A stretch of DNA of 63,418 bases, filler included, from Trichomonas gallinae (lineage: Eukaryota), in assembly GCA_008369845.1 (NCBI GenBank). It is 8 parts of 8 records of this genome, joined end to end, with 100 filler letters (N's around TTAATTAATTAA, not from the genome) between each part and the next. Parts side by side here need not be neighbours in the genome. Positions count along the whole stretch, not along the records: positions 1 to 17,078 come from MRSU01000232.1; 7 more parts are not named here. The stretch is one strand, 5' to 3'. The translations under genes and the position numbers were made by a program. The notes under the pieces were generated by a model. That model searched no databases, was not told where the DNA came from, and worked only from the letters and a program-made list of their open reading frames with translations. Shown one piece after another: positions 1-11,500 of this stretch (its first letter is position 1; each line of letters opens with the position of its first letter).

Positions 1-78
1 GTTGAGAACAGCGGCGATAACAATGACCGAGGCCGAAAAAGTGAGCTTTTTTATAACGTACAAACCTCCGGGGGACAT
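1..78 (-). CDS. 5' fragment of a gene running off the window start (MSPGGLYVIKKLTFSASVIVIAAVLN...)
   Basis: ATG at 78 shortly after an Inr-like TCACA; frame open to position 1; GC higher than the flanking DNA. Product not identifiable. Confidence 0.35.
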   Translation of the reverse strand, partial: MSPGGLYVIKKLTFSASVIVIAAVLN

Positions 79-179
79 TTATAAATCTTTTGTGATTACA
101 ATTTTAACAATATACAAACATAGTATTGCATGTACAAGACAATAATTTTTCGTGGGAGAAAGAAAATAAAGAAATAAAA

Positions 180-662
180 TTATATTGGAATCTTTTTCTC
201 TTCGCAAAACTTTGTGAATTCCTCGATTGTGATGTAATCCTTCGATATTCCCAATCTATCGAATTCATCAATGAAATCATCGCAGAATTTCAATTTAATA
301 TCATCACCACAGACTTTCATGAATCTTTGTATATCAATAGCTGTCATTTTAGCCTGTTTAAGTCCAGCAATCATCTTGAAGAAGTATTGATATCTTGAAT
401 CAGCAGTTCCAAAAATTTCTTGTCTCATAAAACTCGCTTCATGCAAGAAAACTCTAAGTGTAATATTTCCTGGCTCTGTGAAAACGCTTTTTGATGGTAG
501 ACGGAATAAAGAAAAGATGTGCTGAGCATAAGTATTTGGAATTTTTCCATCGGAGTCTTCGTCGAACTCTCTAAATACTTCAGCCATGTCAACCATCCAC
601 TCTTGTGGTAATTTCTTTATTTCAATATCATAGTCGAATATATCTATTGGAGCATGATTCAT
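180..662 (-). CDS. EF-hand (calmodulin/centrin-like) protein
   Basis: 160 aa; EF-hand loop DEDSDGKI, and C-terminal DEFDRLGISKDYITIEEF. Confidence 0.75.
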   Translation of the reverse strand: MNHAPIDIFDYDIEIKKLPQEWMVDMAEVFREFDEDSDGKIPNTYAQHIFSLFRLPSKSVFTEPGNITLRVFLHEASFMRQEIFGTADSRYQYFFKMIAGLKQAKMTAIDIQRFMKVCGDDIKLKFCDDFIDEFDRLGISKDYITIEEFTKFCEEKKIPI

Positions 663-1089
663 TTTTTTTTGGAAAAAATAACGAGCTTAAATTAAGGTTA
701 TAAAAGTGATATAATATTTGACATATGTCAGATTTTCTTTAAACAGCAGGCAAATCTTTTTCAACTTCAAAATAAAACAAAATATATATTTTACATAAGC
801 TATATATCCGATATTTATCAAAATCATACAAAATATGTTTTAATTTCACGAATTAATTTTAAATTAGAAGTCAGCTCAAATGTAGATATACTATTTTTTC
901 CATAAGCTTCTAATAAAACAATAAATATGCCTTAATAAGTAAGAAATATGAAATTTCGAACCTGCCAATGTCTAATTTTTAAATGCTCACGTCTATATAC
1001 GATAATATAACTAAATCCCAATAAAAATCGGACTTATTTTCAAGAGAATTTTTTTCATGTTGCTCACTTTTATCGTTCTTCAATCATAT

Positions 1090-1680
1090 ATGAAAACTAG
1101 AGCGAGAGCGAAAACTTTGAAAATGGCGCTGATTGGAACACAGAGGGTTGGTAAAACATCATTGCTAACTAAATTTCATTTCGGAAATTTCGAAAAGAAC
1201 ACGATTGCGACAGTTGGCGCTTCTTTCATATTACATACTTTCAAAATTAACGATGCTGATGTTTCTTTCCAGATATGGGATACTGCTGGTCAAGAAAGGT
1301 ATAGAAGTTTAGCTCCAATTTATTATCGTGACGCTTTATGCGCGATTGCTGTTTTTGATTTAACTTTACCTAACACATTTGATGAGATGAAAATATATGT
1401 AGATCAATTTAAGCAGCACTGCTCCGATTACTACCATATCGCGATAGTTGGCAATAAATTAGATCTTGTTCCTCAAGCAGGAAGTGTCGATGTTCAAGCG
1501 ATAGAAAAATGGGCCAAGAGTGAAGGGTTCTCCTTCCATAAAACATCAGCTTCTACTGGCGAAGGTGTTTCAGAAACATTCCAGCATATCGCAGAAACAG
1601 TGGCGAATAAAATGTCCAACCAAAGCGTCAATGAAGCAGTTGATCTTGAAGAAACAACTGAGAAAAAGAAATGCTGCTAA
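1090..1680 (+). CDS. Rab-family small GTPase (Rab5/22-like effector region)
   Basis: G1 GTQRVGKT, TVGASF, WDTAGQERY, NKLD, TSA and C-terminal CC prenylation site. Start moved from 1057 to ATG 1090 because Inr-like TCACT and TCATA lie between the two ATGs. Confidence 0.93.
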   Translation: MKTRARAKTLKMALIGTQRVGKTSLLTKFHFGNFEKNTIATVGASFILHTFKINDADVSFQIWDTAGQERYRSLAPIYYRDALCAIAVFDLTLPNTFDEMKIYVDQFKQHCSDYYHIAIVGNKLDLVPQAGSVDVQAIEKWAKSEGFSFHKTSASTGEGVSETFQHIAETVANKMSNQSVNEAVDLEETTEKKKCC

Positions 1681-1827
1681 TATAATATTATTGGACAAAT
1701 TTTATATGTTCTTTAATTTTTGAATAAAACTAAGTCTATTAGAATATAACATTAAGCTTTGCATAGAAAAAAAAAGTTATTTGATTAAGGATGCTAACAA
1801 TTTTTAAAAAATGAGAGTATAATCCTT

Positions 1828-2394
1828 TCAATATTCTCCTTCTCCTTCCATTTCTCCCTCCATCTCGCCTTGATCTGGCATCATTTCTTCTTCGAAGAAT
1901 TCATCTTCTTCCTCTTCTTCGAATACAGGCTCTGGAGGTGCCTGAGGATATATTGGGCATGCAGATAATCCATTATTCCATGGACCACGCCATTTATCAC
2001 CGTAAACAGTGCAGAATAATCCTATTCCATGCATTTTGCCATCTCTAAAGGCTCCTTCATATGTAGATCCGTCTACAAAAGTATATTTTCCTTTGCCAGT
2101 AATTGCACCATGGCGAAAATCGCCAATGTAGTTAGATCCATCTTTGAATTTAATAAATCCTTTGCCATGGAACAAATCTTCTTCAAAATCACCCTCATAT
2201 GTGAATTCCTCGCATGTGAATACACCTTTACCGTGTCTTTTTAGTATATTTTCGAATCTTTTCCAATCGCCTTCGTATTTTGATCCATTTGCCATATTAA
2301 ATGTGTTGTTTCCTGTCTCCGGGAGATGTTCTTCTTCAACAGCTGATGTGTCTGCCTTTTTATTCTTCGCTTGAGGAGGAACACCTTTTCTCAT
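1828..2394 (-). CDS. MORN-repeat protein with acidic tail
   Basis: Repeated YEGxF/W...HGKG motifs; poly-Glu C-terminus. Confidence 0.88.
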   Translation of the reverse strand: MRKGVPPQAKNKKADTSAVEEEHLPETGNNTFNMANGSKYEGDWKRFENILKRHGKGVFTCEEFTYEGDFEEDLFHGKGFIKFKDGSNYIGDFRHGAITGKGKYTFVDGSTYEGAFRDGKMHGIGLFCTVYGDKWRGPWNNGLSACPIYPQAPPEPVFEEEEEDEFFEEEMMPDQGEMEGEMEGEGEY

Positions 2395-2747
2395 TTCCTG
2401 CTGAAAAAAATACGTTACAATATATATCTAATTACAAAATTATTTAATATTTATGATCTTTATAACAAATAATCACTATTTTTAAAATAAAAATGATGGT
2501 TTATCGTTAAAAATGAAGAAAAGATTCAATAAAAATATTTTTTAATATAAATTCCGTTATAGAAGCCTATAATAATTCATAAAAACATATTTTCAATGTG
2601 ATTTTTTAAAATAATATTTTTGATTTTTTTAAATTTTGAGTTGATGATTGATATATTTTGAAAATCATTTCAAAAATCTGTATATGTAAAGAATATTTCG
2701 TAAAATTGGTATTTAATTGCACAAAGATATAAAATGGATAATATTTT

Positions 2748-3119
2748 TTAATCAGCAAGAAGTGGATTAGGGCCATTTCCACTAGCATCATGACTTGCTA
2801 TTGCCTGGGCTAACTCACTCATTGAGCCACCTGATCTAATTTGTAAGATTTCACCATTCGTTTCAGCTTTAAGGCATTCTAGAGAGTGTTCGAGACCATG
2901 GAATTTCATAAATTCTGCTATATATGCGAGTGCGTTGTTGTCTTCATCTGTTGTTGGTGTAAAACGTTTGATACGAAGATGTGGTGGTAATTCACCCTGA
3001 TTTTCCATTTCTACGAGGCATTTCATGATTTCTGCTTTCATTTCAGAACGGACATTCATTAAATATCCGGATTCTTCAAGCCTTTCTACTGCTTGATCAC
3101 TTATTCCTTTAGCACTCAT
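2748..3119 (-). CDS. Small FOP/FOR20-like (TOF + LisH) centrosomal protein
   Basis: LEESGYLMNVRSEMKAEI (TOF-like) followed by LisH-like IAEFMKFHGLEHSLECLKAE. Confidence 0.65.
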   Translation of the reverse strand: MSAKGISDQAVERLEESGYLMNVRSEMKAEIMKCLVEMENQGELPPHLRIKRFTPTTDEDNNALAYIAEFMKFHGLEHSLECLKAETNGEILQIRSGGSMSELAQAIASHDASGNGPNPLLAD

Positions 3120-3688
3120 TTTTAAAAAATTTTAGAAAAAGAAAACTGAAAATCGTCACTTTTAGTAATTTTACATGACAAAACGTTTCCATGTAAACAG
3201 TCAAATTGTCAAAAATACTAATCCTTACAATAGCCTTTATTATTAATAAATATATCTATTTTTCTATGCGATAAACCTAAATTTTCAAATAAATTTTGTG
3301 TATTGTGTATTTTTACAATTTCAAAATATCTTCAAACTTAATTAATAAAGGTTTTATCATTATGAAATAACTAGATTAGAACTTCTTATTATGATCACAT
3401 AATGATATTGCATAGTTTCAATAAGTTATATTCAAACATTGCAATTTATCACTTATTGAACCATAATAAAAATATTCTAGCTTACCAAGATGAATAGCAT
3501 CATGTTAGTACTCTTAAACTCGGTTATTTATGAGTTATTTCTTTTGTTAATGATTAAATTTGCAGATTTTGATATAAAAGTTATCAATCTTTATAACTTG
3601 TTGTGATATAGAATTTTGTCGTTGTGATTTTTAGTTTCACGCCCCTAAAAATGTGTAAAAATTAAGGTTAATTATTAAAATTTCTGAA

Positions 3689-5755
3689 ATGACTGATTTA
3701 GGCGACGTAGAGTTTAGAATACTGCACAAAATCGGTCAGGGAAGTTTCGGAAAGATATATGTAGTGGAAGATCCTTCGACTAACAAACAATATGCAATGA
3801 AGCTCGAAAATTTTAATGTTAGAGTCCCTCAGGTTTTGTTTGAGGGACAAATCTACAATTTACTCGCTGGAGGACCAGGAATACCTAATGTTTACGCTAT
3901 TAGTTCCAACAACGAAGGCAACTACATCGTAATCGATTTGCTTGGAAAATCTCTCGAATCATTACTCAACATTTGCCATCGTAAAATGTCATTAAAGACA
4001 GTACTGATGCTTGCTGACCAGATGTTAACTTCTATTGAGTTTATGCACAGCAAAGGATTTATTCATCGTGATATTAAGCCAGATAATTTCATTATGGGAC
4101 TCGGACAGCGAGCATCAAAGGTATTTCTCATCGATTTCGGACTCTCTAAGCGCTATAAAGATCCGAGAACGGGAACTCACTATCCTTACAGAGAAGGTCT
4201 GTCGTTGTCAGGAACTGCACGATATGCGTCAATACCAGCACTCACAGGTGTCGAGCAATCAAGGAGAGACGATTTAGAAGGACTTGCATATGTTTTGATA
4301 TATTTATTGAAAGGAAGCTTGCCGTGGCAGGGCATAGATTGCGCTGATAAACGAGAAAAGCACTACAGAATTGCTGGAGCGAAGATTGGAGTCCCATTAA
4401 ATGAGTTATGTTATGGAGTTCCAGACGAATTTCAGCGATTTTTAATAGAAGTGAGGAATCTTGAATATGATGCAACTCCTGAATACGAAAAATACAGAGA
4501 AATGTTTAGAAAATTATTCATGTCCAAAGGATATAAATATGATAATGTTTATGACTGGGATTTGTCAGAAGAAGACAGGGAAGCTGTTACAATTGCCAGT
4601 TCTTGTTCCAGTTCACACGGAGCTGTGCCTCCAAAGATGTTCCACAAAAGACATCATTTTGCAGTTGATTCAAATGACAGCAGAGCCGCAAATACAATGC
4701 TGGAGCCGGATTCGCCAGACCGTGAACCAGAGCTTAGATATCAAAAGAAAATCAGAGAGAAAAAATCAGATGCAAAACATCAACATCATCATAATGTTGA
4801 AAGAATTCCTGCGATTAAGCATGAGCGTGTATCATCCAGTCGTCGTGAGGCAGTTATTGTCGAAATACCAGAAGTAATGAAGAAAGTAGAAAAAATATCA
4901 GGAAATTCAAGAAGAGACAGCAACGATGAACATAACAGACAGAACTTAGGAAGATTCTACAAAAAACCTAAGAAAGAAGAAAAATTATCCGGAAATTCTA
5001 AAAAGGAAGAAAAATCATCAGGAAGCTCTAAAAGAGACAGCAACAATGAGCACTATAGGCATGACTTAGACAGATTTCACGAAAAACATAAAAAAGAAGA
5101 AAAATTATCTGGAAATTCTAAGAAAGAAGAGAAATCATCAGGAAGTCATCAAAGAGACAGCAATAATGAGCATTACCGACAAAACTTAGAAAGATTTTAC
5201 GAAAAACCTAAGAAGGAAGAAAAATCATCCGGAAATTCCAAAAAGGAAGAAAAATTGTCGGGAAGTTCTAGGAAAGAAGAGAAATTATCTGGTGATTCTA
5301 GAAGAAATTTAGACAAATTCTACGAAAAACATAAGAAGGAAAGACATCATTCATCAGATAGAACAAAAAGGCGTGAAAAATCATCAGAGCCTTCCGGAAG
5401 ACGCGACAAATTTAATTCTAAAGATGAACATGATGCAATTTTGAAGGCAGTTTCATCATTGCAAAAATTCAAAGAAGAAGGGCTTATTGATGAAGAAGAA
5501 CCTATTAAACAGCCGCATAGACAGCCAGCAATCATTGAAGAAAAAGAAAGAAGAAGAACTTCCGGACATCCTCATGATAAAGAAGATGAAGAGCTTGATA
5601 TCAATAAATCGTCTGATCTTCGCAAGCTTATTAGAAGAAATATAAAGATGCAGCGCCAGCCAGATGTAATTGCTAATTCAACCCCAATATTTGATTTTTC
5701 AGAGAAAAGGAAAGAAAGGCGGTCAGCCAAACTGAATCACCACAGAAACCACTAA
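3689..5755 (+). CDS. Casein kinase 1 family kinase with a long charged, repetitive C-terminal tail
   Basis: GQGSFG, HRDIKPDN, DFGLS, LSGTARYAS, EQSRRDD, LPWQG. Confidence 0.95.
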   Translation: MTDLGDVEFRILHKIGQGSFGKIYVVEDPSTNKQYAMKLENFNVRVPQVLFEGQIYNLLAGGPGIPNVYAISSNNEGNYIVIDLLGKSLESLLNICHRKMSLKTVLMLADQMLTSIEFMHSKGFIHRDIKPDNFIMGLGQRASKVFLIDFGLSKRYKDPRTGTHYPYREGLSLSGTARYASIPALTGVEQSRRDDLEGLAYVLIYLLKGSLPWQGIDCADKREKHYRIAGAKIGVPLNELCYGVPDEFQRFLIEVRNLEYDATPEYEKYREMFRKLFMSKGYKYDNVYDWDLSEEDREAVTIASSCSSSHGAVPPKMFHKRHHFAVDSNDSRAANTMLEPDSPDREPELRYQKKIREKKSDAKHQHHHNVERIPAIKHERVSSSRREAVIVEIPEVMKKVEKISGNSRRDSNDEHNRQNLGRFYKKPKKEEKLSGNSKKEEKSSGSSKRDSNNEHYRHDLDRFHEKHKKEEKLSGNSKKEEKSSGSHQRDSNNEHYRQNLERFYEKPKKEEKSSGNSKKEEKLSGSSRKEEKLSGDSRRNLDKFYEKHKKERHHSSDRTKRREKSSEPSGRRDKFNSKDEHDAILKAVSSLQKFKEEGLIDEEEPIKQPHRQPAIIEEKERRRTSGHPHDKEDEELDINKSSDLRKLIRRNIKMQRQPDVIANSTPIFDFSEKRKERRSAKLNHHRNH
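4890..5340 (+). repeat. Coding tandem repeat: about 3.5 copies of a 120-nt (40-aa) unit containing nested 30-nt (KKEEKxSGxS) subunits
   Basis: AGAGACAGCAA recurs at 4913, 5033 and 5153; KKEEK[LS]SG[NSD]S is repeated many times. Confidence 0.9.
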
Positions 5756-6294
5756 ATAATGTTTGAATATTATGCGTTTAATTAATTTATTTTTCTATAT
5801 TATTAAGCAATGACACATTATTAAGTGTTTATTAAGTGATCACTGGACAGCTCTGATTATTGCTTCATGAAAAGTCAATCTTGATAGTTATCAAACTCCA
5901 CATAAACGGAAAGTATAATTAATATGATACAGATTTGATTTGAACATGTCATCATGATGAAATGCGAATAGTCATTTCGAAACACATCAAATAGCTAATT
6001 CCAACAAGTCGTTATGCATTTTTACATGACAGATTTAGGAGATATTTGTATATTTTACATGTCAGGTTGTATTGCTTATTGTCAAATCGCCTTTTCTAGA
6101 CCCCAGCATTGTTAGCATAAAGTGAAATATGTATACATAGTTTAAAAAACTCAGCAAATGTGAAAAGTAATCATTATATATAGATATCGATAAATATAAA
6201 CTGTAAATATAGTTATTTTTAAGCAATTTAGTTCAGAATATATTATTTATAAATGAAACTTTCATGAAATGACAAGTTTTCCTCTTATTTTTTG

Positions 6295-7479
6295 ATGTTG
6301 CCTCAATCTGATGAATTGATTGCAACACTGAATATGTATGGACTTGCAGATGTTAGCAAACACATAAAGAAAATGACAGAAAAGACATCAAAAAGGTCTC
6401 CTACTCTTGTAATTCCTGCATTTAATGATTTATTTTCGATTCCTTCTTCAGATTTTGGAAAAATATTATCAGATTATATTGGAGAGCAGCGTATTGAAGC
6501 ATATAAGAAAACTATAATTGCGAGAAATGAAATTTCCAAAATTCAATCAGATATGTCATTAAATGAAGTCAAAGCAGTATTCTCTTCTGAACTAGAAAGC
6601 ATATTTACGGATAAAGTCATCGCTCGTTTTAAGATGATCGATGGAAAATTTGATACTGCATTATTCAAAACGTTTCTTTCTCAAATATCTAATGTGCAAA
6701 ATGGTATACTAACAATGATAGAAATAGATCCATGGATTACACGCACAATTTCACAAGATACGTTAAGATCTTTCATTTTGGAAACAATTCCAAAGTTAAA
6801 TTCTCTTGCACCGCTTGAAAAAGACTATGAATGGTACAAAGAGTTCTATGTTGAAATCGTTGTTTCGATATTCTTCTTCTTTTTCTCCGATTATAATTGC
6901 ATGAATTTGAATGCGACAACATTATTCCAATCGAAGCTATTCTCATCGTTTGTTAATATGGACATGATTCCTTCATCAAATATCTTCTCAATTAAATCCA
7001 CAACAATTATTTATAAATCTTACGTAAACGAAAATTCCAATGAAGATGGACTCTTAGGCAGGGAAAACCTCAAAGATTTACTCGATTACAAATTCTCTGA
7101 TGTCTTTCTTGATAGATTATTTGAAATTTTGCCGACTTTCGAAGGAAAATTTGATTTCTGTGCCTATGTAAGCTTCGTTGTCGCTCTCCAAAACATTCAG
7201 ACGAAACAAGGAATCAGGTTTTTCTTCAAAATCGTTGATATTGATGAAGATGGATACGTTTCGAGGAATGATATTTCGTATTTTTACAAATGCCTTGTAG
7301 ATGAAACAGGATTCACGGAAATCAACGAAGATAGATTTATATCAGAACTATTTGATACTGTTTCTTGTTCAGGACGGGGAGTTACAATTAATCATCTTCT
7401 AAAAATGGGAGCAACGACATTTTTCCTCAAACTCATTGATATTAACACATTTAAAGAATGGGAGAATCTAAACGCATAA
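6295..7479 (+). CDS. PP2A regulatory subunit B''-like EF-hand protein
   Basis: FSDVFLDRLFE...GKFDF, FFFKIVDIDEDGYVSRNDISYFY. The first ATG is 6295 (the track start is TTG). Confidence 0.7.
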   Translation: MLPQSDELIATLNMYGLADVSKHIKKMTEKTSKRSPTLVIPAFNDLFSIPSSDFGKILSDYIGEQRIEAYKKTIIARNEISKIQSDMSLNEVKAVFSSELESIFTDKVIARFKMIDGKFDTALFKTFLSQISNVQNGILTMIEIDPWITRTISQDTLRSFILETIPKLNSLAPLEKDYEWYKEFYVEIVVSIFFFFFSDYNCMNLNATTLFQSKLFSSFVNMDMIPSSNIFSIKSTTIIYKSYVNENSNEDGLLGRENLKDLLDYKFSDVFLDRLFEILPTFEGKFDFCAYVSFVVALQNIQTKQGIRFFFKIVDIDEDGYVSRNDISYFYKCLVDETGFTEINEDRFISELFDTVSCSGRGVTINHLLKMGATTFFLKLIDINTFKEWENLNA

Positions 7480-7603
7480 TTGTTTGTATATATATACTAA
7501 AAATTTACTTTTGAAAAAAACAATTTAACGGATAAAATACAAGAATAACAAGATAATAAGGAAATAACATCACTGGCATAGACAAATTTATAATATCATT
7601 TAA

Positions 7604-7990
7604 TCATTTTTCTAATTTGAGATTTTTGATAAAATCACGTACACTTCCTTCATGCAATCTGTCCAAACTGTCAAATAATTCTTTAATATTCCTATTATTC
7701 TCTTCTGCATCCTTATGGCGTTGCTTATCATATTCATTAATTAATTCTATTAATTTGTTTCCACAATCTTTGCTTTCCGTGTGTAATGGAGCATCAAATG
7801 TTAATGTAGATTCATTGAGATTTGCGTCAGATATTGGAATTTCTTGATTCAAAAACTCAACATGATCATATTTATATTGTAACTTTGTATTTTCTTTTCC
7901 ATATTGAATAATTCCATTAATATCATTCAAAAAGTCATAGAAGTCTTTGTAATTTTTATTATTTGCCGCACCACCTCGATTATAACTCAT
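7604..7990 (-). CDS. Hypothetical protein (about 128 aa, MSYNRGG...)
   Basis: Open frame. ATG 7990 preferred over 8044 because the extension overlaps a TTTACATGTCA promoter-type motif. Confidence 0.55.
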   Translation of the reverse strand: MSYNRGGAANNKNYKDFYDFLNDINGIIQYGKENTKLQYKYDHVEFLNQEIPISDANLNESTLTFDAPLHTESKDCGNKLIELINEYDKQRHKDAEENNRNIKELFDSLDRLHEGSVRDFIKNLKLEK

Positions 7991-8502
7991 TTTGTTTTCT
8001 ATAAATTCTCCATCAATTTTGACATGTAAATTTTTATATGTCATATATTCGTTTTTCTTGAATAATCAATAGTAATATACTGATTACATAGTTATGCATC
8101 TGCTTCATACAAAATACAAGAAAAACTAGTCTGCTATGATTCGTATTTACCAAGGTGTTATAATTCATAAACAAAGGGCGAGTTAAGATTACATATATCC
8201 TTCACAATGTCTATCATTTATATATGTTATCAAGCCAGTCTAGAAATTTTAATTTACAATAATAAAACAGCAATATTTTAGTAAAAGTGACAATTTAAAA
8301 CTTTAAAATTTTTCTATAATACTAAAACTTATATATATAAGCTATAGAGATGCCTTTATACTCAATGGGTAAGTGCAGATGCAGAATGCCAGATTAACAA
8401 TGATACTATACATAGGAATGAGATTTGACATAATTGTCAGATGTAAAGTGTCATAAGTCAAAATCGAGATTTTGCGGTTTTGCCCTCATCAAGGCATTAG
8501 AA

Positions 8503-11500
8503 ATGAGTGTCCAAAATCTTCTTAAAACAAGGCATAAATGGAAATCATTTTCCAAAAGAGTTGCCGAAATCACAGTCAATACAACATTCGACTATGATTT
8601 AACGAAAACTCTGCCTAGAAAAGGAGAAAATGGTTCATTTTTTGATGATGCTCTGAGAGATTCCATGCAAACTAACTTAGATCCACAGTACTCCCAATTC
8701 GTATCCAAAATCATGAATTATACGAACTCGTTAGAAATATTATTATTTAATAAGGAAAAAGTTATTGAAGCAATCATCGAATTTCTTTCATTAACATACG
8801 AAGAAGCGCGTGCTGGCATCAAAACAGTCATGTATCTCGTACAACAACTCGCGAGAGATTTACGAAGTGAATTTTATCCATATTTCAAGCAAATTTTCAC
8901 TCTTCTCGTTAATATATTCGAGCCAATTGAGCCAGATTTCATCGACTGCTTCTTCAAGTGCATCACTTTCATGATTAAATTCCTTCTCAAGCAAATTGTC
9001 AAAGATCTTGATGCAGTTCTTGAATTATTCGTTATACAACTCTTTACTCACAAGAAACCGTATACTCGCAGACTTGCAGCTGAAACACTCGCATTTTTGC
9101 TCAGACAAGTCCCGGATAGAACTTTAGCATTTACAATTTTGTTGCGCAAATGCCAATCTTACTACGATTCAGTTAAACACATTCCTCCGACCGAGGAAGA
9201 GATAACGTACAATATTCCAACTGTGCGCGAGCGAATTGTTGAAACAATTGCGATAACGATTTCGCAAGTCACTAAAAACTTGAACGGAAGCCTTCGCTCT
9301 TATACAACAGAACTCATCAACTGGTGCTTCGCTGAAAAGTTCGAAATAACATTCGAAGCTTTCCTCATGGCCAATAAAAAACTCGCAAAACATGTTTCAC
9401 GCGGAAATCATCACGAAATTGTTCCATTGTTAACAGAATCACTTCCTAATATCGATTCTTCACTCGCATTAAACACTTTAGCAATCTGGACACGTGAAAA
9501 AGGTGGAGATTTAATTGATAATCCAAGAATGGCTGTAAAACTGATCACTTTATGCTTAAATGATGCAAGCAATGAGTCAATAGCTGATTACTTAAATGCT
9601 CTTGAAACAATAACAATTCCTGAAAATCAATATAATGAAATCGCAGATGCAGTCATTAAATTAATAACAAATAACTACCCAATTGATCAGCTCGAAGGCT
9701 GCATTAAGATTTCTTCGGCCGCTCGCGCTGGAGTGTTGAAATTTTATTCTCAAAATCCAGAATATCTTCAATCAATCCTTAATTACATCAAGTGGCTTCG
9801 TCCACCACAGTCAGACATACCTCCACACCTCTACGAATTAATCAGAAGTGAGCTCATCAACAACAGAAATGTTTTTATTCCAATTGTAGAATATATTTAC
9901 AACAAAGACATATATAATGACTTATTAGCTTTGCCAAATAAAACACTAGAAGAACGCGAAGTGCTTTACACGCTTATGGGCCACTACGACTCAGACAAGC
10001 TCGCTGAAGAGCCACCAAAACTTTTTAAAGAGCTCGCAGGAAAAATTATGGAAGAACGCGCAATAAGAATCTTCTCCAAACTCATAAACATTTCCGCCGA
10101 AGTCCAGGCGTCATGGTTCAACAGAGAATCCCCTATATTCAAGCAGCTTTTGAGGTCTGTGGATTTCAACATTCCTTGCCAAGAAGTACAAAAAACAGCT
10201 TCAGAAATTTTGACAAAATTCATTGGAACAGATGAACCTTTGGAAAGCTTAGAAGACGAATATTTAGTTGTCAGATGTGGTGACTTAGTTTTCAACGCGA
10301 CACACGATTTAAAGAGCTACAGAGAAGGTGAAGCAGCGATTGCGAGATTAACGACAGACATCGTCAAAATAAGAAATACAAACATGCTGATGAATTACGC
10401 TCTCGGATTCGCCAGGCAGCCGTATGTTAACTTTAGGACACACGCTGCTGGTTTAATAGGCCAGATTATTAAACTAAAACCATCTGTGTATGGACCGAAA
10501 ATTTCTGCGGAAATCGAACAGCAGTTTACAATTGCTGACTCAACCATTTTCGCGCCAACATTGATACAAGCTGTCATCAATGCTGAATACGTTGACGAGA
10601 CTATGGTTAATCTTTTGATCAAGTATTCAGAAGTCAGAATGGAAGACTCAACTGAAGAAGAAGACTTGAATGAAGGCGAGAACAACGAGGAACAAGAAAA
10701 GAAGAGGGAAGATATTGGAGCTAAAATCATTGCACAGTTAATCACATCTTTGACATCTGTTTCAGGCAGTGACAAATTCGCAGACAAAGTCGACTTAGCG
10801 ACATCAAAACTTCTAAGATCAACTAAATTAGAAGTAAGAAAGGCAGCTTTAACTGTCCAATTTTCTTATCATGTCACAAAGAACAGATCAATCAACGAAC
10901 AAGTCAGAAAGACAATCCAGGAAATCTTAGAAGCTTATTCAGATCCAAAGTCGAAGGTAGATACACTGATGAAATTACAGCCTTTCGTTGAAACTCTTGA
11001 ATTCGAAAAAGACTTCGTTATCAACACTGCTGTTTCGTTAACTATTGGATGCTATTTCGAATATTTGACAGAAAAAGTCCGCCAGAAGCATAAATATCAT
11101 CAGCTCGCTTCATCAATGCTCCAGTCATTAGCATTTTTGAGCCCATCATACACCAGGCCTTTAATCGAGGCAACATTCCCGCAAGATAAGTCACAGGCAA
11201 CATTGAGAAAGACACCAGTTTATGTTGCTCCTGTTCTTTCCAGACTTTCCAACAATATTTATCCGTTTTCAAGGAGAATAGCGTCAACACTCAAAGAATG
11301 TATGAATGCTTGCGCGAATGCATCAGGCCACATAATCAAATCATGCGTGAAAGCAATTACTTTGTTCATTGAAACTGAAGTAAAAATGGGACCAAACTTC
11401 AAGGACGAAGTTGAATGGGAGCAAGCATCAGAAGAACTCTCTAAAGTACAAAGCGAGTTCGTTCACTCTATTCTTAAATCATTTGAGATTGCTGCAGTTC

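Noticed and set aside
4890..5340. Regularly spaced repeats as a CRISPR-like array
   Set aside because: In-frame coding repeats without unique spacers, in a eukaryotic kinase gene
8434..8502. TTG/GTG-initiated N-terminal extensions in the ORF track (also 6292, 16750, 52200, 54502, 58125, 60187)
   Set aside because: These are bacterial start rules applied to a eukaryote; several of the extensions overlap promoter motifs
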